A DNA stretch of 64,000 nt from the human T2T-CHM13v2.0 reference genome, Homo sapiens: assembly GCF_009914755.1 (NCBI RefSeq), contig NC_060938.1; one strand, 5' to 3'. Shown in pieces: positions 1 through 17,488 of this stretch. A program made the translations under genes and the position numbers. The notes under the pieces are model-generated. The model saw only the letters and a program-made list of their open reading frames with translations. It searched no databases and was not told the DNA's origin. Each line of letters begins with the position of its first letter. Position 1 is the first letter of the stretch.

Positions 1-3000
1 ACAGAAGTTTCACAGAATTCTTCTGTCTAGTCTTTCTGTGAAGATATTTTCTTTTCCTCCACAGGCCTGAAAGTGCTCAAAATGTCCACTTGCAGATTCT
101 ACAAAAATAGAGTTTCAAAATTGCTCAATCAAAAGAAAGGTTTAACTCCATGAGGCGAATGCACACATCACAAAGAAGTTTCTCAGATTGCTTCTTTCTA
201 GATTTTATGTGAAGATATTTCCTTTTGTACTAATAGGCTGAAAAGCGCTACAAATGTACACTTGCAGATTCCACAAAAAGATTGTTTCCAAACTGTTCAA
301 TCAAGAGAAAGGTTCAACTCTGTGAGGTGAATGCACACATCACAAAGAAATTTGTCAGAATACTTCTGCCTGGTTTTTATGTGAAGATATTACCTTTTCC
401 ATCATATCGCTCAAAGCGCTCCAAATGTCCACTTACAGATTCTACAAAAAGAGAGTTTCAAAACTGCTCTATCAAAACAAAGGTTTACATCTGTGAGATG
501 AATGCACAAATCAAAAGAAGTTTCTCAGATTGCTTCTGTCTAGATATTATATGAAGATATTTCCTTTCCTACCATAAGCTGCAAAACGCTCCAAATGTCC
601 ACTTACAGATTCTATAAAAAGAGAATTTCAAAACTGCTCAATCAAAAGAAAGTTTTAACTCTGTGAGATGAATGCACCCATCACAAAGAAGTTTCTCAGA
701 TTGCTTCTGTCTAGATTTTATGTGGAGATATTTCCTTTTCCATCATAGACTGCAATGCGTTCCAAATGTCCACTTGCCGATTCTACAAAAAGAGTGTTTT
801 CAAACTGCTAAATGAAAAGAAAGGTTCAACTCTGTGAGATGAATGCAAAGATCACAAAGAAGTTTCTCAGAATTCTTCTGTCTAGTTTTTAGTGTGAAGA
901 CATTTCCATTTCCACTATAGGCCTCCACGTGCTCCAAATGTCCACTTGCAGATTCTACAAAAAGAGTGTTTCAAACTGCTCAATCAAAAGAAAGGTTCAA
1001 GTCTGTGAGATAAATGCACACATCACAAAGAAGTTTGTCTGAATTCTTCTGTCTAGTTTTCATGAGAAGATACTTCCTTTTTCACCATAGGCCTGAAAGC
1101 ACTCCAAATGTCCTCTTACAGATTCGACAAAAAGAGAGTTTCAAAACTGCTCAATCAAAAGAAAGGTTTAACTATGTAAGATGAATACAAACATCACAAA
1201 GAAGTTTCTCAGATTGCTTCTGTCTAGATTTTAAGTGAAAATATTTCCTTTTCTATCATAGGCCACAAAGCACTCCAAATGTTCACTTGCAGATTTTACA
1301 AAAAGAGAGTTTCGAAACTGCTCAATCAAAGGAAAAGTTTCACTCCGTGAGAAGAATGCACACATCAAAAAGAATATTCTCAGACTACTTCTGTCTAGAT
1401 TTTATGCGAAGATATTTCCTTTTCTACCATAGACCGCATAGCTCTCCAAATGTGCACTTGCAGATTCTACAAAAAGAGTGTTTCCAAACTGCTCAATCAA
1501 AAGAAAGGTTCAACTCTGTGAGAAGAACGCACACATCACAAAGAAGTTTCTCAGAATTCTTCTGTCTAGTTTTTATGTGATGATATTTCCTTTTGCACCA
1601 TGGGCCTCAAAGCGCTCCAATTGTTTACTTGAAGATTCTACAAAAAGAGAGTTTCAAAACTGATCAATCAAAAGAAAGGTTTAACTCTGAGATGAATGCA
1701 CACATCACAAGTAAGTTTCTCACATTGCTTTTGTCTAGATTTTATGTGAAGTTATTTACTTTTCTACTATGGGACACAAAGTGCTCTAATTGTCCACCTG
1801 TAGATTCTACAAAAAGAGTATTTCCAAACTGCTCAATCCAAAGAAAGACTCAACTCTGTGAAATGAACTCACACATCACAAAGAAGTTTCTTAGGATTCT
1901 TCTGTTTAGTTTTTATGTGATGGCATTTCCTTTTCCAACATAGGATTCAGAGTGCTCCAAATGTCCACCTGCAGATTCTGCAAAAAGAGAGTTTCTAAAG
2001 TGCTCAATCAAAAGAGAGGCTTAACTCTGTGAGATGAATGCACACATTACAAAGAAGTTTCTCAGATTGTTTCGGTCTAGATTTTATGTGAAAATATTTC
2101 CTTTTCTATCATAGGCCACAAAGCACTCCAAATGTCTACTTGCCGATTCTACAGAAAGAGTGTTTCCAAACTGCTGAATCAAAAGAAAGGTTCAATTCTG
2201 TGAGATGAATGCACACATCACAAAGCAGTTTCTCAGAATTCTTCTGTGTAGTTTTTATGTGAAGATATTTCCTTTTCAAACATAGGCCTTAAGGCGCTCA
2301 AAATGTCCACTTGCACATTCTATAAAAAGAGTATTTCAAAACTGGTCCTTTGAAAGAATGTTTCAGCTCTGGGAGATGAATGCACATATCACAAAGAAGT
2401 TTGCCAGAATGCTTCTATCAAGTTTTCATGTGAAGACATTTCCTCTTCTACCATAGGCCTAAAAGTGCTCCAAATGTCCACCTGCAGATTCTACAAAAAG
2501 AGAGTTTCAAAACTTCTCAATCAAAAGAAAGGGTTAACTCTGTGAGATGAATGCACACATCACGAAGAAGTTTCTCAGATTGCTTCTTTCTAAATTTGAT
2601 GTGTAGATATTCCGTTTTTACCATTCGCTGCAAAGCGCACCAAATGTTCATTTGCAGATTCTAGAAAAAGAGTTTTTCCAAACTGCTCAATCAAAAGAAA
2701 GGTTCAACTCTGTGAGATTAACACACACATCACAAAGAAGTTTCCCAGAATTCTTCTGTCTAGTTTTTATGTGAAGATATTTCCTTTTCCACCACAGGTC
2801 TCAAAGTGCTCCAAATGTCCACTTGCAAATTCTATGAAAAGAGATTTTCAAAACTGCTCAACCAAAAGAAAGGTTTAACTCCGTTAGATGAATGCACACA
2901 TCACAAAGGAGTTTCTCAGATTGCTTCTGTCTAGATTTTATGTGAAGATATTTCCTTTTCTAACATAGGCCACAAAGCGTTCCAAAAGTCCACTTGCAGA

Positions 3001-6000
3001 TTCTACAAAAAGAGTGTTTCCAAGCTGCTCAATCAAAAGAAAGTTTCAATTCTGTGAGATGATCGCACACATCACAAAGAAGTTTCTCAGAATTCTTCTG
3101 TCTAGTTTTTATGTGAAGATATTTCGTTTTTCACCATAGGGCTCAAAGTGCTCCAAATGGCCACTTGCAGATTTTACAAAGAGAGAGTTTCAAAACTCCT
3201 CAATCAAAAGAAAGGTTTAACTCTCTTAGATGAATGCACACATCCAAGCAAGCTTCTCAGGTTGCTTCTGTCTGGATTTTATGTGAAGATATTTCCTTTT
3301 CTACCATAGGCCCCAAAGCACTCCAAATGTCCACTTGTAGATCCACAAAAAGAGAGTTTCCAAACTCCTCAATCAAAAGAAAGGTTTAACTCTCTGAGGT
3401 GAATGCACAAATCACAAAGAAGTTTCTCTGATTGCTTATGTCTAGATTTTATGTGAAGATAGTCCTTTTTCTACCGTAGGTGACAAAGCGCTCCAAATGT
3501 CCACTTGCAGATTCTACAAAAAGACAGTTTCCAAACTTCTCAATCTAAAAAATGGTTCAGCTCTGTGGGATGAACACACACATCGCATAGAAGTTGCTCA
3601 GAATACTTCTTTGCAGTTTTGTTGTGAAGATATTTCATTTTCCACAATAGGCCTCAAGGCACTCCAAATGACCAATTGCAAGTTCTACAAAAAGATTATT
3701 ACAAAACTGGTCCATCAATAGAAAGGTTCAACTCTGGGAAATGAATGCACACATCACCAAGAGGTTGCTCAGAATGCTTCTATCTAGTTTTTATGTGAAT
3801 ATATTTTCCTTTGCAGCATGGGCCTCGAGGCGCTTCAAATGTCCACATGCAGATTTTATAAAAAGAGAGTTTTAAAACTGCTCAATCAAAAGAAATGTTT
3901 AACACTGTGAGATGAATGCACACAATAAGAAAAGCTTCCTCAGATTGCTTCTGTCTAGATTTTATGTGAAGATAATTCCTTTTCTACCATAGGCCGCAAA
4001 GCGCTCCACATGTTCACTTGCAGATTCTACAAAAAGAGTGTTTCCCATCTGCTCAATCAAAAGAAAGGTTCAACTCTGTCAGATGAACGCTGGCATCACA
4101 AAGAATTTTCTCAGAATTCTTCTGTCTACTTTTTATGTGAAGATATTTCCTTTTCTTCCATAGGCCTAAAAGCTCTCCAAATGTCCACTTGCAGATTCTA
4201 CAAAAAGAGACTTCCAAAACTGCTCAATCAAAAGGAAGGTTTAACTCTGTGAGATGAATGCACATATCACAAAAAGTTTCTCAGATTGCTTCTGTCTAGA
4301 TTTTATGTGAAGTTATTTCCTTTTCTACCATAGAACCCAAAGCACTTATAATGTCCCCTTGCAGATTCTACAAAAAGAATGTTTCAAAACTGCTCAATCA
4401 AAAGAAAGGTTCAAATTTGTGAGATGAATGCTCGCATCACCAAGAAGTTTCTCAAAATACTTCTGTCTAGTTTTTATGTGAAGACATTTCTTTTTCCGTG
4501 ATAGGTCTCAAAATGATCAAAATTTCCACTTGCAAATTCTACAAAAAGAGAGTTTCAAAGCTGCTCAATCAAAAGAAAGGTTTATATCTGTGAGATGAAC
4601 ACACACTTCACAAAGCAGTTTCTAAGATTTCTTCTGCCTAGATTTTATGTAATGATATTTCCTTTTCTACCATACTTTGCAAACTGCTCCAAATGTCCAC
4701 CTGTAGATTCTACAAAAACAGTGTTTCCAAACTGCTCAATCAAAAGAAAGGTTAACTCTGTGAGATGAACTCACACATCACAAAGAAGTTTCTCAGAATT
4801 CTTCTGTCTAGTTCTAATGTGAAGATATTTCCTTTTGGACCAGAGGCCCCAAGGCTATCGAAATGTCCCCTTGTAGATTCTACAAAAAGAGTATTTCAAA
4901 ACTGGTCCATCAAGAGAAAGGCTCAACTCTGGGAGGTGAATGCACACATCACAAAGAAGTTTCTCAGAATGCTTCTATCTAGTTTTTACATGAAGCTATT
5001 TCCTTTTCCACCATAAGCCTCAAAGCGCTCCAAATGTCCACTTGCAGGTTCTGCAAAAAGAGAGTTTCCAAAGTTCTCAATCAAAAGAAACGGTTAACTC
5101 TGTGAGATAAATGCACACATCACAAAGAAGTTTCTCAGAATTTTTCTGTCTAGTTTTTGTGTGAAGATATTTCATTTTCCACCATAGGCCTCAAAGCGCT
5201 CCAAATAGCCACACACAGATTCTACAAAAAGAGAGTTTTAAAACTGCTCAATCAAAAGAAAGCTTTTACTCTGTGAAATGAATGCACCCATCACAAAGAA
5301 TTTTCTCAGAATTCTTCTGTCTAGTTTTTATGTGAAGATATTTCCTTTTCCACCTAAGGCCTCACAGCACTCCCAAAGTCAAATTGCAGATTCAACTAAA
5401 AGAGAGTTTCTTAACTGCTCAATCAAAAGAAATGTTCAACTCTGTGAGGTGAAAGCACACATCACAAAGAAGTTTCTCAGAATACTTCTGTGTATTTTTT
5501 ATGTGAAGATATTTCCTTTTCCATCATAGGCCTCAATGCTCTCCAAAAGTCCACTTGCAGATCCTACAAAAAGAGAGTTTTAAAGCTGCTCAATCAAAAG
5601 AAGGGTTTCACTCTGTGAGATGAATGCACACATCACAAATAATTTTCTCAGACTGCTCTGTCTAGATTTTATGTGAAGTTATTTCCTTCTCTATCATAGG
5701 CCACAAAGTTTACAAATGTCCACTTGCAGATTCTACAAAAAGAGTGCTTCCAAACTGCTCAATCAAAAGAAAGGTTCAACTGTGCGAGATGAAATCACAC
5801 ACCACAAAGAAGTTTCTCAGAATTCTCCTGTCTAGTGTTTATGTGAAGATATTTCATTTTCCCCAATAGGCCTCAAGGCACTCCAAATGTCCACTTGCAG
5901 ATTCTACAAAGAGAGTATTTCAAAAATGGTCCATCAAAAGAAAGTTTCAACTGTGGGAGACGAATTTACACGTCACAATGTAGTTTCTAAGAATGCTTCT

Positions 6001-9000
6001 TTCTAGTTTTTATGTGAATATATTGCCTTTTCCACCATAGTCCTCAAAGCGCTCCAAATGTCCACTTGTATATTCCACAAAAAGAGAGTTTCAAAAGTGC
6101 TCAATCTAAAGAAATGGTTAACTTTGGAGATGAATGCAAAAATCACAAAGAAGTTTTTCAGGTTGCTTCTGTCTAGATTTTATGTGAAGATATTTCCATT
6201 TCTACCTCAGGCCACAAAGTGCTCCAAATGTACACTTGCAGATAGTAGAAAAAGACTATTTCCAAACTGTTCAATCAAAACAAAGTTTCAACTCTGGGAA
6301 ATGAATGCACACATCACTAGGAAGTTTCTCTGAATTCTTCTGTCTAGTTTTTATGTGAAGATATTTCCTTTTCCACCTTAGGCCTCAAGGTACTCGAAAT
6401 GTCCACTTGCAGATTCTACAAAAACAGTATTCCAAAACTGGTCCTTCAAAAGAAAGTTTCAACTCTTGGAGATGAATGTACACATCACAAAGAAGTATCC
6501 CTGAATGCTTCTATCTAGTTTTTATGTGAAGATATTTGCTTTTCCACCATAGGCCTGAAAGCACTACAAATATCCACTTGCAGATTTTATAAAAAAAGTG
6601 TTTCAGAACTGCTCAATCGAATGAAAGGATTAACTCGGTGAGATGAATGCACACATCACAAAGAAGTTTCTCAGATTGCTTCTGTCTAGATTTCATGTGA
6701 AGATATTTCCTTTTCCACCATAGACCTCAAAATGCTCCAAATGTCCACTAGCAGAATCTACAAAAAGAGAGTTTCAAAACTACTCTATCAAAACAAAGGT
6801 TTAACTCTGTGACATGAATGTACACATCACAAAGTAGTTTCTCGTATTGCTTCTGTCTAGATTTTATGTGAATACATTTCCTTTTCTACCATAGACCATA
6901 AAGCGCTCCTAATGTCCACTTGCAGATTCTTTAAAAAGAGTGTTTCCAAACTGCTCAATCAAAAGAAAGTTTCAACTGTGTGAGGTGAACACACACGTCA
7001 CAAAGAAATTTCTCAGAATTCTTCTATCTAGTTTTTATGTGAAGATACTACCTTTTCCACCATAGGACTCAAAACGCTCCAAATGTCCACTTGCAGATTC
7101 TACAAAAAGAGAGTTTCAAAACTGCTCAATCAAAATAATGGTTAATTCTGTAAGATGAAGGCACACATCACAAAGGAATTTCTCATATTGCTTCTGCATA
7201 GATTTTATGTGAAGTTATTTCCTTTGCTGCTATACTCTGCAAAGAGCTCCAAATGTCCACTTGCAGATTCCACAAAAAGAGTGTTTCCAAACTGCTCAAT
7301 CAAAAGAAAGTTTCAAAACTGTGAGATGAACACACACATCACAAGGTAGTTTCCCAGAATTTTTTTGTCTAGTTTTTATGTGAAGATACTTCCCTTTCCA
7401 CCATAGGCTTCAAAGCACTCCAAATGTCTACTTGCAGATTCTACAAAAAGAGTATTTCAAAACTTTTCCATCAAAAGAAAGGTTCAACACTGGGAGATGA
7501 ATGCACACATCACAAAGAACTTTATTGGAATGCTTCAATCTAGTTTTTATGTTAATATATTTCCTTTTCCACCATAGGCCTCAAAGCACTCCTAAGGTCC
7601 CCTTGCAGATTCTACAAAAGGAGAGTTTCAAAACTACTCAGTCAAAAGATAGGGTTAATTCTGTGAGGTGAATGCACACTTCACAAAGTAGTTTCTCAGA
7701 TTGCTTCTGTCAAGATTGTATGTGAAGATATTTCCTTTTCCACCGTAGGCCTCAAAGCGTTCCAAATGTTCACTTGAAGATTCTACAAAAAGAGAGTTTC
7801 AAAACTGCTCAATCAAAAGAAAGTTTTAACTCTGTGAGATGAATTCCCACATCACAAAGAAGTTTCTCAGGTTGCTTCTGTCTAGATTTTATGTGAAGAT
7901 ATTTCCTTTTCTACCATAGGCCGCAAAGCACTCAAATGTCCTCTTGTAGATTCTACAACAAGAGTGTTTCTAAACAGCTCAATCAACAGAAAGGTTTAAC
8001 TCTGTGAGAGGAACGCTTATATCACAAAGAAGTTTCTCAGAATTCTTCTCTCTAGTTTTTATGTAAAGATAATTCATTTTTCACCAAAGGCCTCCAGGCA
8101 CTCGAATTGTCCATTTGCAGATCCTATAAGAAGAGTATTTCAAAACTGGTCTATCAAAAAAAAAGGTTTAACTCTGAGAGATGAATGCAAACATCACAAA
8201 GAAGTTTCTCAGATTGCTTCAGGCTTGATTTTATGTGAAAATATTTCCTTTTCTACCATAGGCCGCAAAGAGCTCCAAATGTCCACGTTCAGATTCTCCA
8301 AAAAGAGTGGTTCCAAACTGCTGAATCAAAAGAAAGTTTCAACTCTGTGAGATGAACTCACACATAACAAAGAAGTTTCTCAGAATTCTTCTGTCTAGTT
8401 TTTATGTGAAGATATTTCATTTTCCTCCTTAAGCCTCAAGGTGCTCCAAAAGTCCACTTGCCGATTCTACAAAAAGAGTATTTCAAAACTGGTCCATCAA
8501 AAGAAATGTTCAACTCTGGGAGATGAATAGACACATCATAAAGTAGTTTCTCAGAATGCTTCTATCTAGTATTTATGTGAAGATATTTCCTTTTCCGCAA
8601 TAGGCCTCAAAGCGCCCCAAATATCCACTTGCAGATTCTACAAAAAGAGAGTTTCAAAACTGCTCAATCAAAAGAAAGGGTTAACTCTGTGAGATGAATG
8701 CACACATCAGAGAGAAGATTTTCAGATTGTTTCTGTCTGGATTTTATGTGAAGATATTTCCTTTTCTACCTAAGGCTGCAAAGAGCTCCAAATGTCCACT
8801 TAGAGATTCTACAAAAAGAGGGCTTCAAAACTGCTCAAAGAAGGCTTCAAATCTGTGAGATGAACACACAAATCACCAAGAAGTTTGACAGAGTACTTCT
8901 GTCTAGTTTTTATCTGAAGATATTACCTATTCCACCATAGGCCTCAAAGCGCTCCAAATGTTCACTTGCAGATTCTACAAAAAGAGAGTTTCAAAACTGC

Positions 9001-11390
9001 TCTATCATAAGAAATGATTAACTCTGTGAGATGAATGCACGCATCACAAAGAAGTTTCTCAGATTGCTTCTGTCTAGATTTTATGTGATGACATTTTCTT
9101 TTCTACTATAGGCTGCAAAGCACTCAAAATGTCCATTTGCGGATACTACAAAAAGAGTATTTGCAAACTGCTCAATCAAAAGAAAGTTTCAACTCTGTGA
9201 GATGAACGCACACATCACAAAGAAGTGTCTCAGAATTCTTCTGAGTTTTTCATGTGACGATGTTTTTATGTGAAGATATTCCATTTTCCACCATTGTCCT
9301 CAAGGCACTCGAAATGTCCAGTTGCAGATTCTACCAAAAGAGTACTTCAAAACTGCTCCATCGAAAGAAAGGTTCAATCTGGGAGATGAACGCACTCTTC
9401 ACAAAGAAGTTTCTTGGAATGCTTCTACTTAGTTTTTATGTGAAGATATTTCCTTTTCCACCATAGGCCTCAAAGAGCTCCAAATGCCGACTTGCAGATT
9501 CTACAAAAAGAGATTTTCAAAACTGCTCAACCAAAAGAAAGGTTTAACACAGTGAGATGAAAGCACACATCACAAAGAAGTTTCTCAGATGGCTTCTGTC
9601 CCGATGTTATGTCCAGATATTTCCAGTTCTACCACAGGCTTCAAATCACTCCAAGGTCCACTTGCAGATTCTACAAAAAGAGTGCTTTCAAACTGCATAA
9701 TCAAAGGAAAGCTTCAGCTCTGTGAGATGAATGCACACCTCACAAAGAAATTTTACAAAATTCTTCTGTCTAGTTTTTATGTAAAGATACTTCCTCCTCC
9801 GCCATAGACCCCAAGTGCTCCAAATGTCCACTTGCAGATTCTACAAAAAGAGAGTTTCAAAACTGCTCAATCAAAAGAAATGCTTAACTCTGTGAGATGA
9901 ATGCACACGTCACAAAGAAGTTTCTCAGATTTCTTCTGTCTAGATTTTATGTGAAGATAATTCCTTTTCCACCAAAGGCTGCAAAGCTCTCCAAATGTCC
10001 ACTTTCAGATTCTGCAAAAAGAGTGTTTCCAAACTGCTCAATCAAAAGAAAGGTTCAACTCTGTGAGATGAATGCACACATCACAAAGAAGTTTCTCAGA
10101 ATTCTTCTGTCTAGTTTTTATGTGAAGATACTTCCTTTTCTACCATAGGCCTCAAAACACTACAAGTGTCCACTTGCAGATTCTACAAAAAGACTGTTCC
10201 AAAACTGCTCAAACTAAAGAAAGGTTTAACTCTGTGAGATGAATGCACACATCACAAAGAAGTTTCTCAGATTGCTTCTTGTAGAATATATGAAAAGTTA
10301 ATTCCTTTTCACCATAGGTCACAAAGCACTCAAAAAGTCCACTTGTAGATAATACAAGAGAGTTTCAAAACTGCTCAATCTAAAGAAAGGTTTAACTCTG
10401 TGGGATGAATGCACACATCACAAAGAAATTTCCAAGATTGCTTCTGTCTATATTTTATGTGAAGATATTTCCTTTTCTACCATAGGCCTCAAAGTGCTCC
10501 AAATGTCCACTTGCAGATTCTAGAAAAAGAGAGTTTCCACACTGCTAAATCAAAAGTAAGGTTCCACTCTGTGAGATGAGTGCACACATCACAAAGAAGT
10601 TTCTCAGAATGCTTCTTTCTCTTTATTATACGAAGATATTTCGTTATCCACCATAGGCCTCAAAGAGCTCCAAATGTCCACTTGCGGATTCTACAAAGAG
10701 AGTTTTTCAAAACTGCTCAATCAAAAGTAACGTTCAACTCTGTGAGGTGAATGCACACATCACAAAGATGTTTGTCAGAATGTGTCTGTCTAGATTTTAT
10801 GTGAAGATATTTCCTTTTCTACCATAGGCCTCAAAGCGCTAGAAATGTCCACTTGCAGACTCCAGTAAAAGAGGTTTTCAAGCTGCTCAATCAAAATAAA
10901 TGTTCAACTCTGTGAGATGAATGCACACATCACAAAGAAGTTTGTCAGAATGCTTCTGTCTAGTTCTTATGTGACGATATTTCCTTTTCCACCAAAGGCT
11001 TCAAAGCACTTCAAATGTCCAATCACAGATTTTACCAAAAGGGGGCTTCAAAACGGCTAAATCAAAAGTAAGTTTCAACTCTGTGAGATGAATGCACATA
11101 TCTCAAAGAAGGTTGTCAGAATCCTTCTGTCTAGTTTTTATGTGAAGATATTTTCTTTTTACCATAGGCCTAAAAGTGCACAAAATGTCCACTTGCAGAT
11201 TTTACAAAAAGAGTGCTTCGAAACTGCTAAATCAAAAGAAAGATTCAACTCTGTGGGATGAATGCACACATAACAAAGAAGTGTCTTAGAATGCTTCTGT
11301 CTAGTTATTATGTGAAGATATTTTGTTATCCACCATAGTCCTGAAAGTGCTCCAAATGTCCAATTGCAGATTCTACAAAGAGAGTGTTCT
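1..11390 (-). repeat. Alpha satellite (ALR), divergent monomeric/dimeric array, reverse orientation
   Basis: Continuous ~171-bp tandem units (TTCTCAGAA..CTTCTGTCTAG..TATGTGAAGATATTTCC..CCATAGGCCTCAAAGCGCTCCAAATGTCCACTTGCAGATTCTACAAAAAGAG..), the reverse complement of the conventional alphoid consensus. Two monomer types roughly alternate (ATTGCTTCTGTCTAGATTTT vs AATTCTTCTGTCTAGTTTTT). No CENP-B box seen. Confidence 0.98.
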
Positions 11391-12297
11391 GGGAGGGGAA
11401 ACAAGATAGCCAAATAGGAACAGCTCCGGACTACAGCTTCCTGTGTGAGTGACGCAGAAGATGGGTGATTTCTGCATTTCCATCTGAGGTACCGGGTTCA
11501 TCTCACCAGTGAGTGCCAGACAGTGGGAGCAGGTCAGTGTGTGCGTGCACCGTGCACGAGCCAAAGCAGGGCGAGGCATTGCCTCACTCAGGAAGGACTA
11601 GGAGTCAGGGAGTTCCCTTTCCTAGTCAAAGAAAGGGGTGACAGACAGCACCTAGAATTCAGGTCACTCCCACCCGAATACTGCGCTTTTCCCACGGGCT
11701 TAAAAAACGCCACACGAAGAGATTATATCCCGCACCTGGCTCAGAGGGTCCTACGCCCATGGAGTCTCACTGATTGCTAGCACAGCTGTCTGAGATCAAA
11801 CTGCAAGGAGGCAGCGAGGCTAGGGGAGGGGCGCCTGCCATTGCCCAGGCTTGCTTAGGTAAACAAAGCAGCTGGGAAGCTCGAACTGGGTGGAGCCCAC
11901 CACAGCTCAAGGAGGCCTGCCTGCCTCTGTAGGCTCCACCTCTGGGGGCAGGACACAGATAAACAAAAAGACAGCAGTGACCTCTGCAGACTTAAATGTC
12001 CCTGTCTGACAGCTTTCAAGAGAGCAGTGGTTCTCCCAGCACGCAGCTGGAGATCTAAGCATGGGCAGACTGCCTCCTCAAGTGGGGCCCTGACCCCTGA
12101 CCCCTGAGCAGCCTAACTAGGAGGCACCCAACCAGCAGGGGCAGACTGACACTTCACACGGCCAGGTACTCCTACAGACGTGCAGCTGAGGGTCCTGTTT
12201 GTTAGAAGGAAAACTAACAAACAGAAAGGACATCCACAGCAAAATCCCATCTGTACATCACCATTATCAAAGACCAAAAGTAGATAAAAACCCAAAG
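11391..12297 (+). promoter_or_regulatory. L1 5'UTR internal sense/antisense promoter, degenerate
   Basis: Homologous to the L1PA 5'UTR and the GC-richest part of the element. The YY1 site CAAGATGGCC is mutated to CAAGATAGCC (11402-11411). Many consensus CpGs are now TG/CA. Confidence 0.85.
11767..11841 (-). pseudogene. L1 ORF0 (antisense 5'UTR ORF), truncated at codon 25
   Basis: The minus strand from the ATG at 11841 translates MAGAPPLASLPPCSLISDSCASNQ*. This matches the primate L1 ORF0 N-terminus as I recall it (MAGAPPPASLPPCSLISDCCASNQR..), with CGA>TGA at the Arg codon. Confidence 0.85.
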
Positions 12298-13314
12298 GTG
12301 GGGAAAAAACAAAACAGAAAAACTGGAAAATCTAAAAAGCAGAGCGCCTCTCCTCCTCCAAAGGAATGTAGTTCCTCACCAGCAACGGAACAAAGCTGGA
12401 TGGAGAATGACTTTGACTAGCTGAGAGAAGAAGGCTCCAGACGATCAAATTACTCCGAGTTACAGAAGGACATTCAAACCAAAGGCAAAGAAGTTGAAAA
12501 CATTGAAAAAAATTTAGAAGGATGTATAACTAGAATAATCAACACAGAGAAGTGCTTAAAGGAGCTGATGGAGCTGAAAGCCAAAGTTCAAGAAGTACGT
12601 GAAGAATGCAGAAGCCTCAGGAGCTGATATGATCAACTGGAAGAAACAGTATCAGCAATGGAAGATGAAGTGGATGAAATGAAGCAAGAAAGGAAATTTA
12701 GAGAAAAAAGAATAAAAAGAAATAAGTAAAGCCTCCAAGAAATATGGGACTATGTGAAAACACCAAATCTACGTCTGATTGGTGTACCTGAAAGTGATGG
12801 GGAGAATGAAACCAAGTTGGAAAACACTCTGCACGATATTATCCAGGAGAACTTCCCCAATCTAGCAAGGCAGGCCAACATTCAGATTCAGGAAATATAG
12901 AGAACACCACAAAGATACTCCTCGAGAACAGCAACTCCAAGACACATAATTGTCAGATTCACCAAAGTTGAAATGAAGGAAAAAATGTTAAGGGCAGCCA
13001 AAGAGAAAGGTTGGGTTACCCTCAAAGGGAAGCCCATCAGACTAACAACAGATCTCTCGGCAGAAACTCTACAAGCCAGAAGAGAGTGGGGGGCAATATT
13101 CAACATTCTTAAAGAAAATAATTTTCAACCCAGAATTTCATATCCAGCCAAACTAAGCTTCATAAGTGAAGGAGAAATAAAATACTTTACAGACAAGCAA
13201 ATGTTGAGAGATTTTGTCACCACCAGGCCTGCCCAAAAGGACCTCCTTAAGGAAGCACTAAATATGGAGAAGAACAACCGGTACCAGCCGTGGCAAAATC
13301 ATGCCAAAATGTAA
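12298..13314 (+). pseudogene. L1 ORF1p (RNA-binding/chaperone), disrupted
   Basis: 1017 bp, the canonical 338 codons plus stop. The start is ATG>GTG (GTGGGGAAAAAACAAAAC). In-frame stops are present (e.g. TAG 12418-12420). The ORF track shows GKKQNRKTG..SWMENDFD and MKEKMLRAAKEKG..NHAKM*. Confidence 0.95.
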
Positions 13315-13377
13315 AGGCCATCATGACTAGGAAGAACCTGCATCAACTAACGAACAAAATAACCAGCTAACATCATA

Positions 13378-17205
<3,828 letters not shown>

Positions 17206-17410
17206 ACAATGAGAACACATAAACACAGGAAGCAGAACATCACACTCTGGGGACTGTTGTGGGGTGGTGGGATGGGTGAAGGATACCACTGGGATATACA
17301 CCTAATGATAGATGATGAGTTAGTGGGTGCAGCGCACCAGCATGGCACATGTAAACATATGTAGCTAACCTGCACATTGTGCACATGTACCCTTAAACTT
17401 AAAGTATAAT

Positions 17411-17488
17411 AATAAAGTAAATAAATAAAATAAATAAATAAATCTATGAACATAAAGAAAATAAAACCCAAACTGCTCTTTAAAAAAA
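17411..17488 (+). terminator. L1 polyadenylation signal and compound A-rich tail
   Basis: AATAAA at 17411-17416, then (TAAA)n, about 40 bp of mixed sequence with a second AATAAA (17460-17465), and an A run from 17482. Confidence 0.7.
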
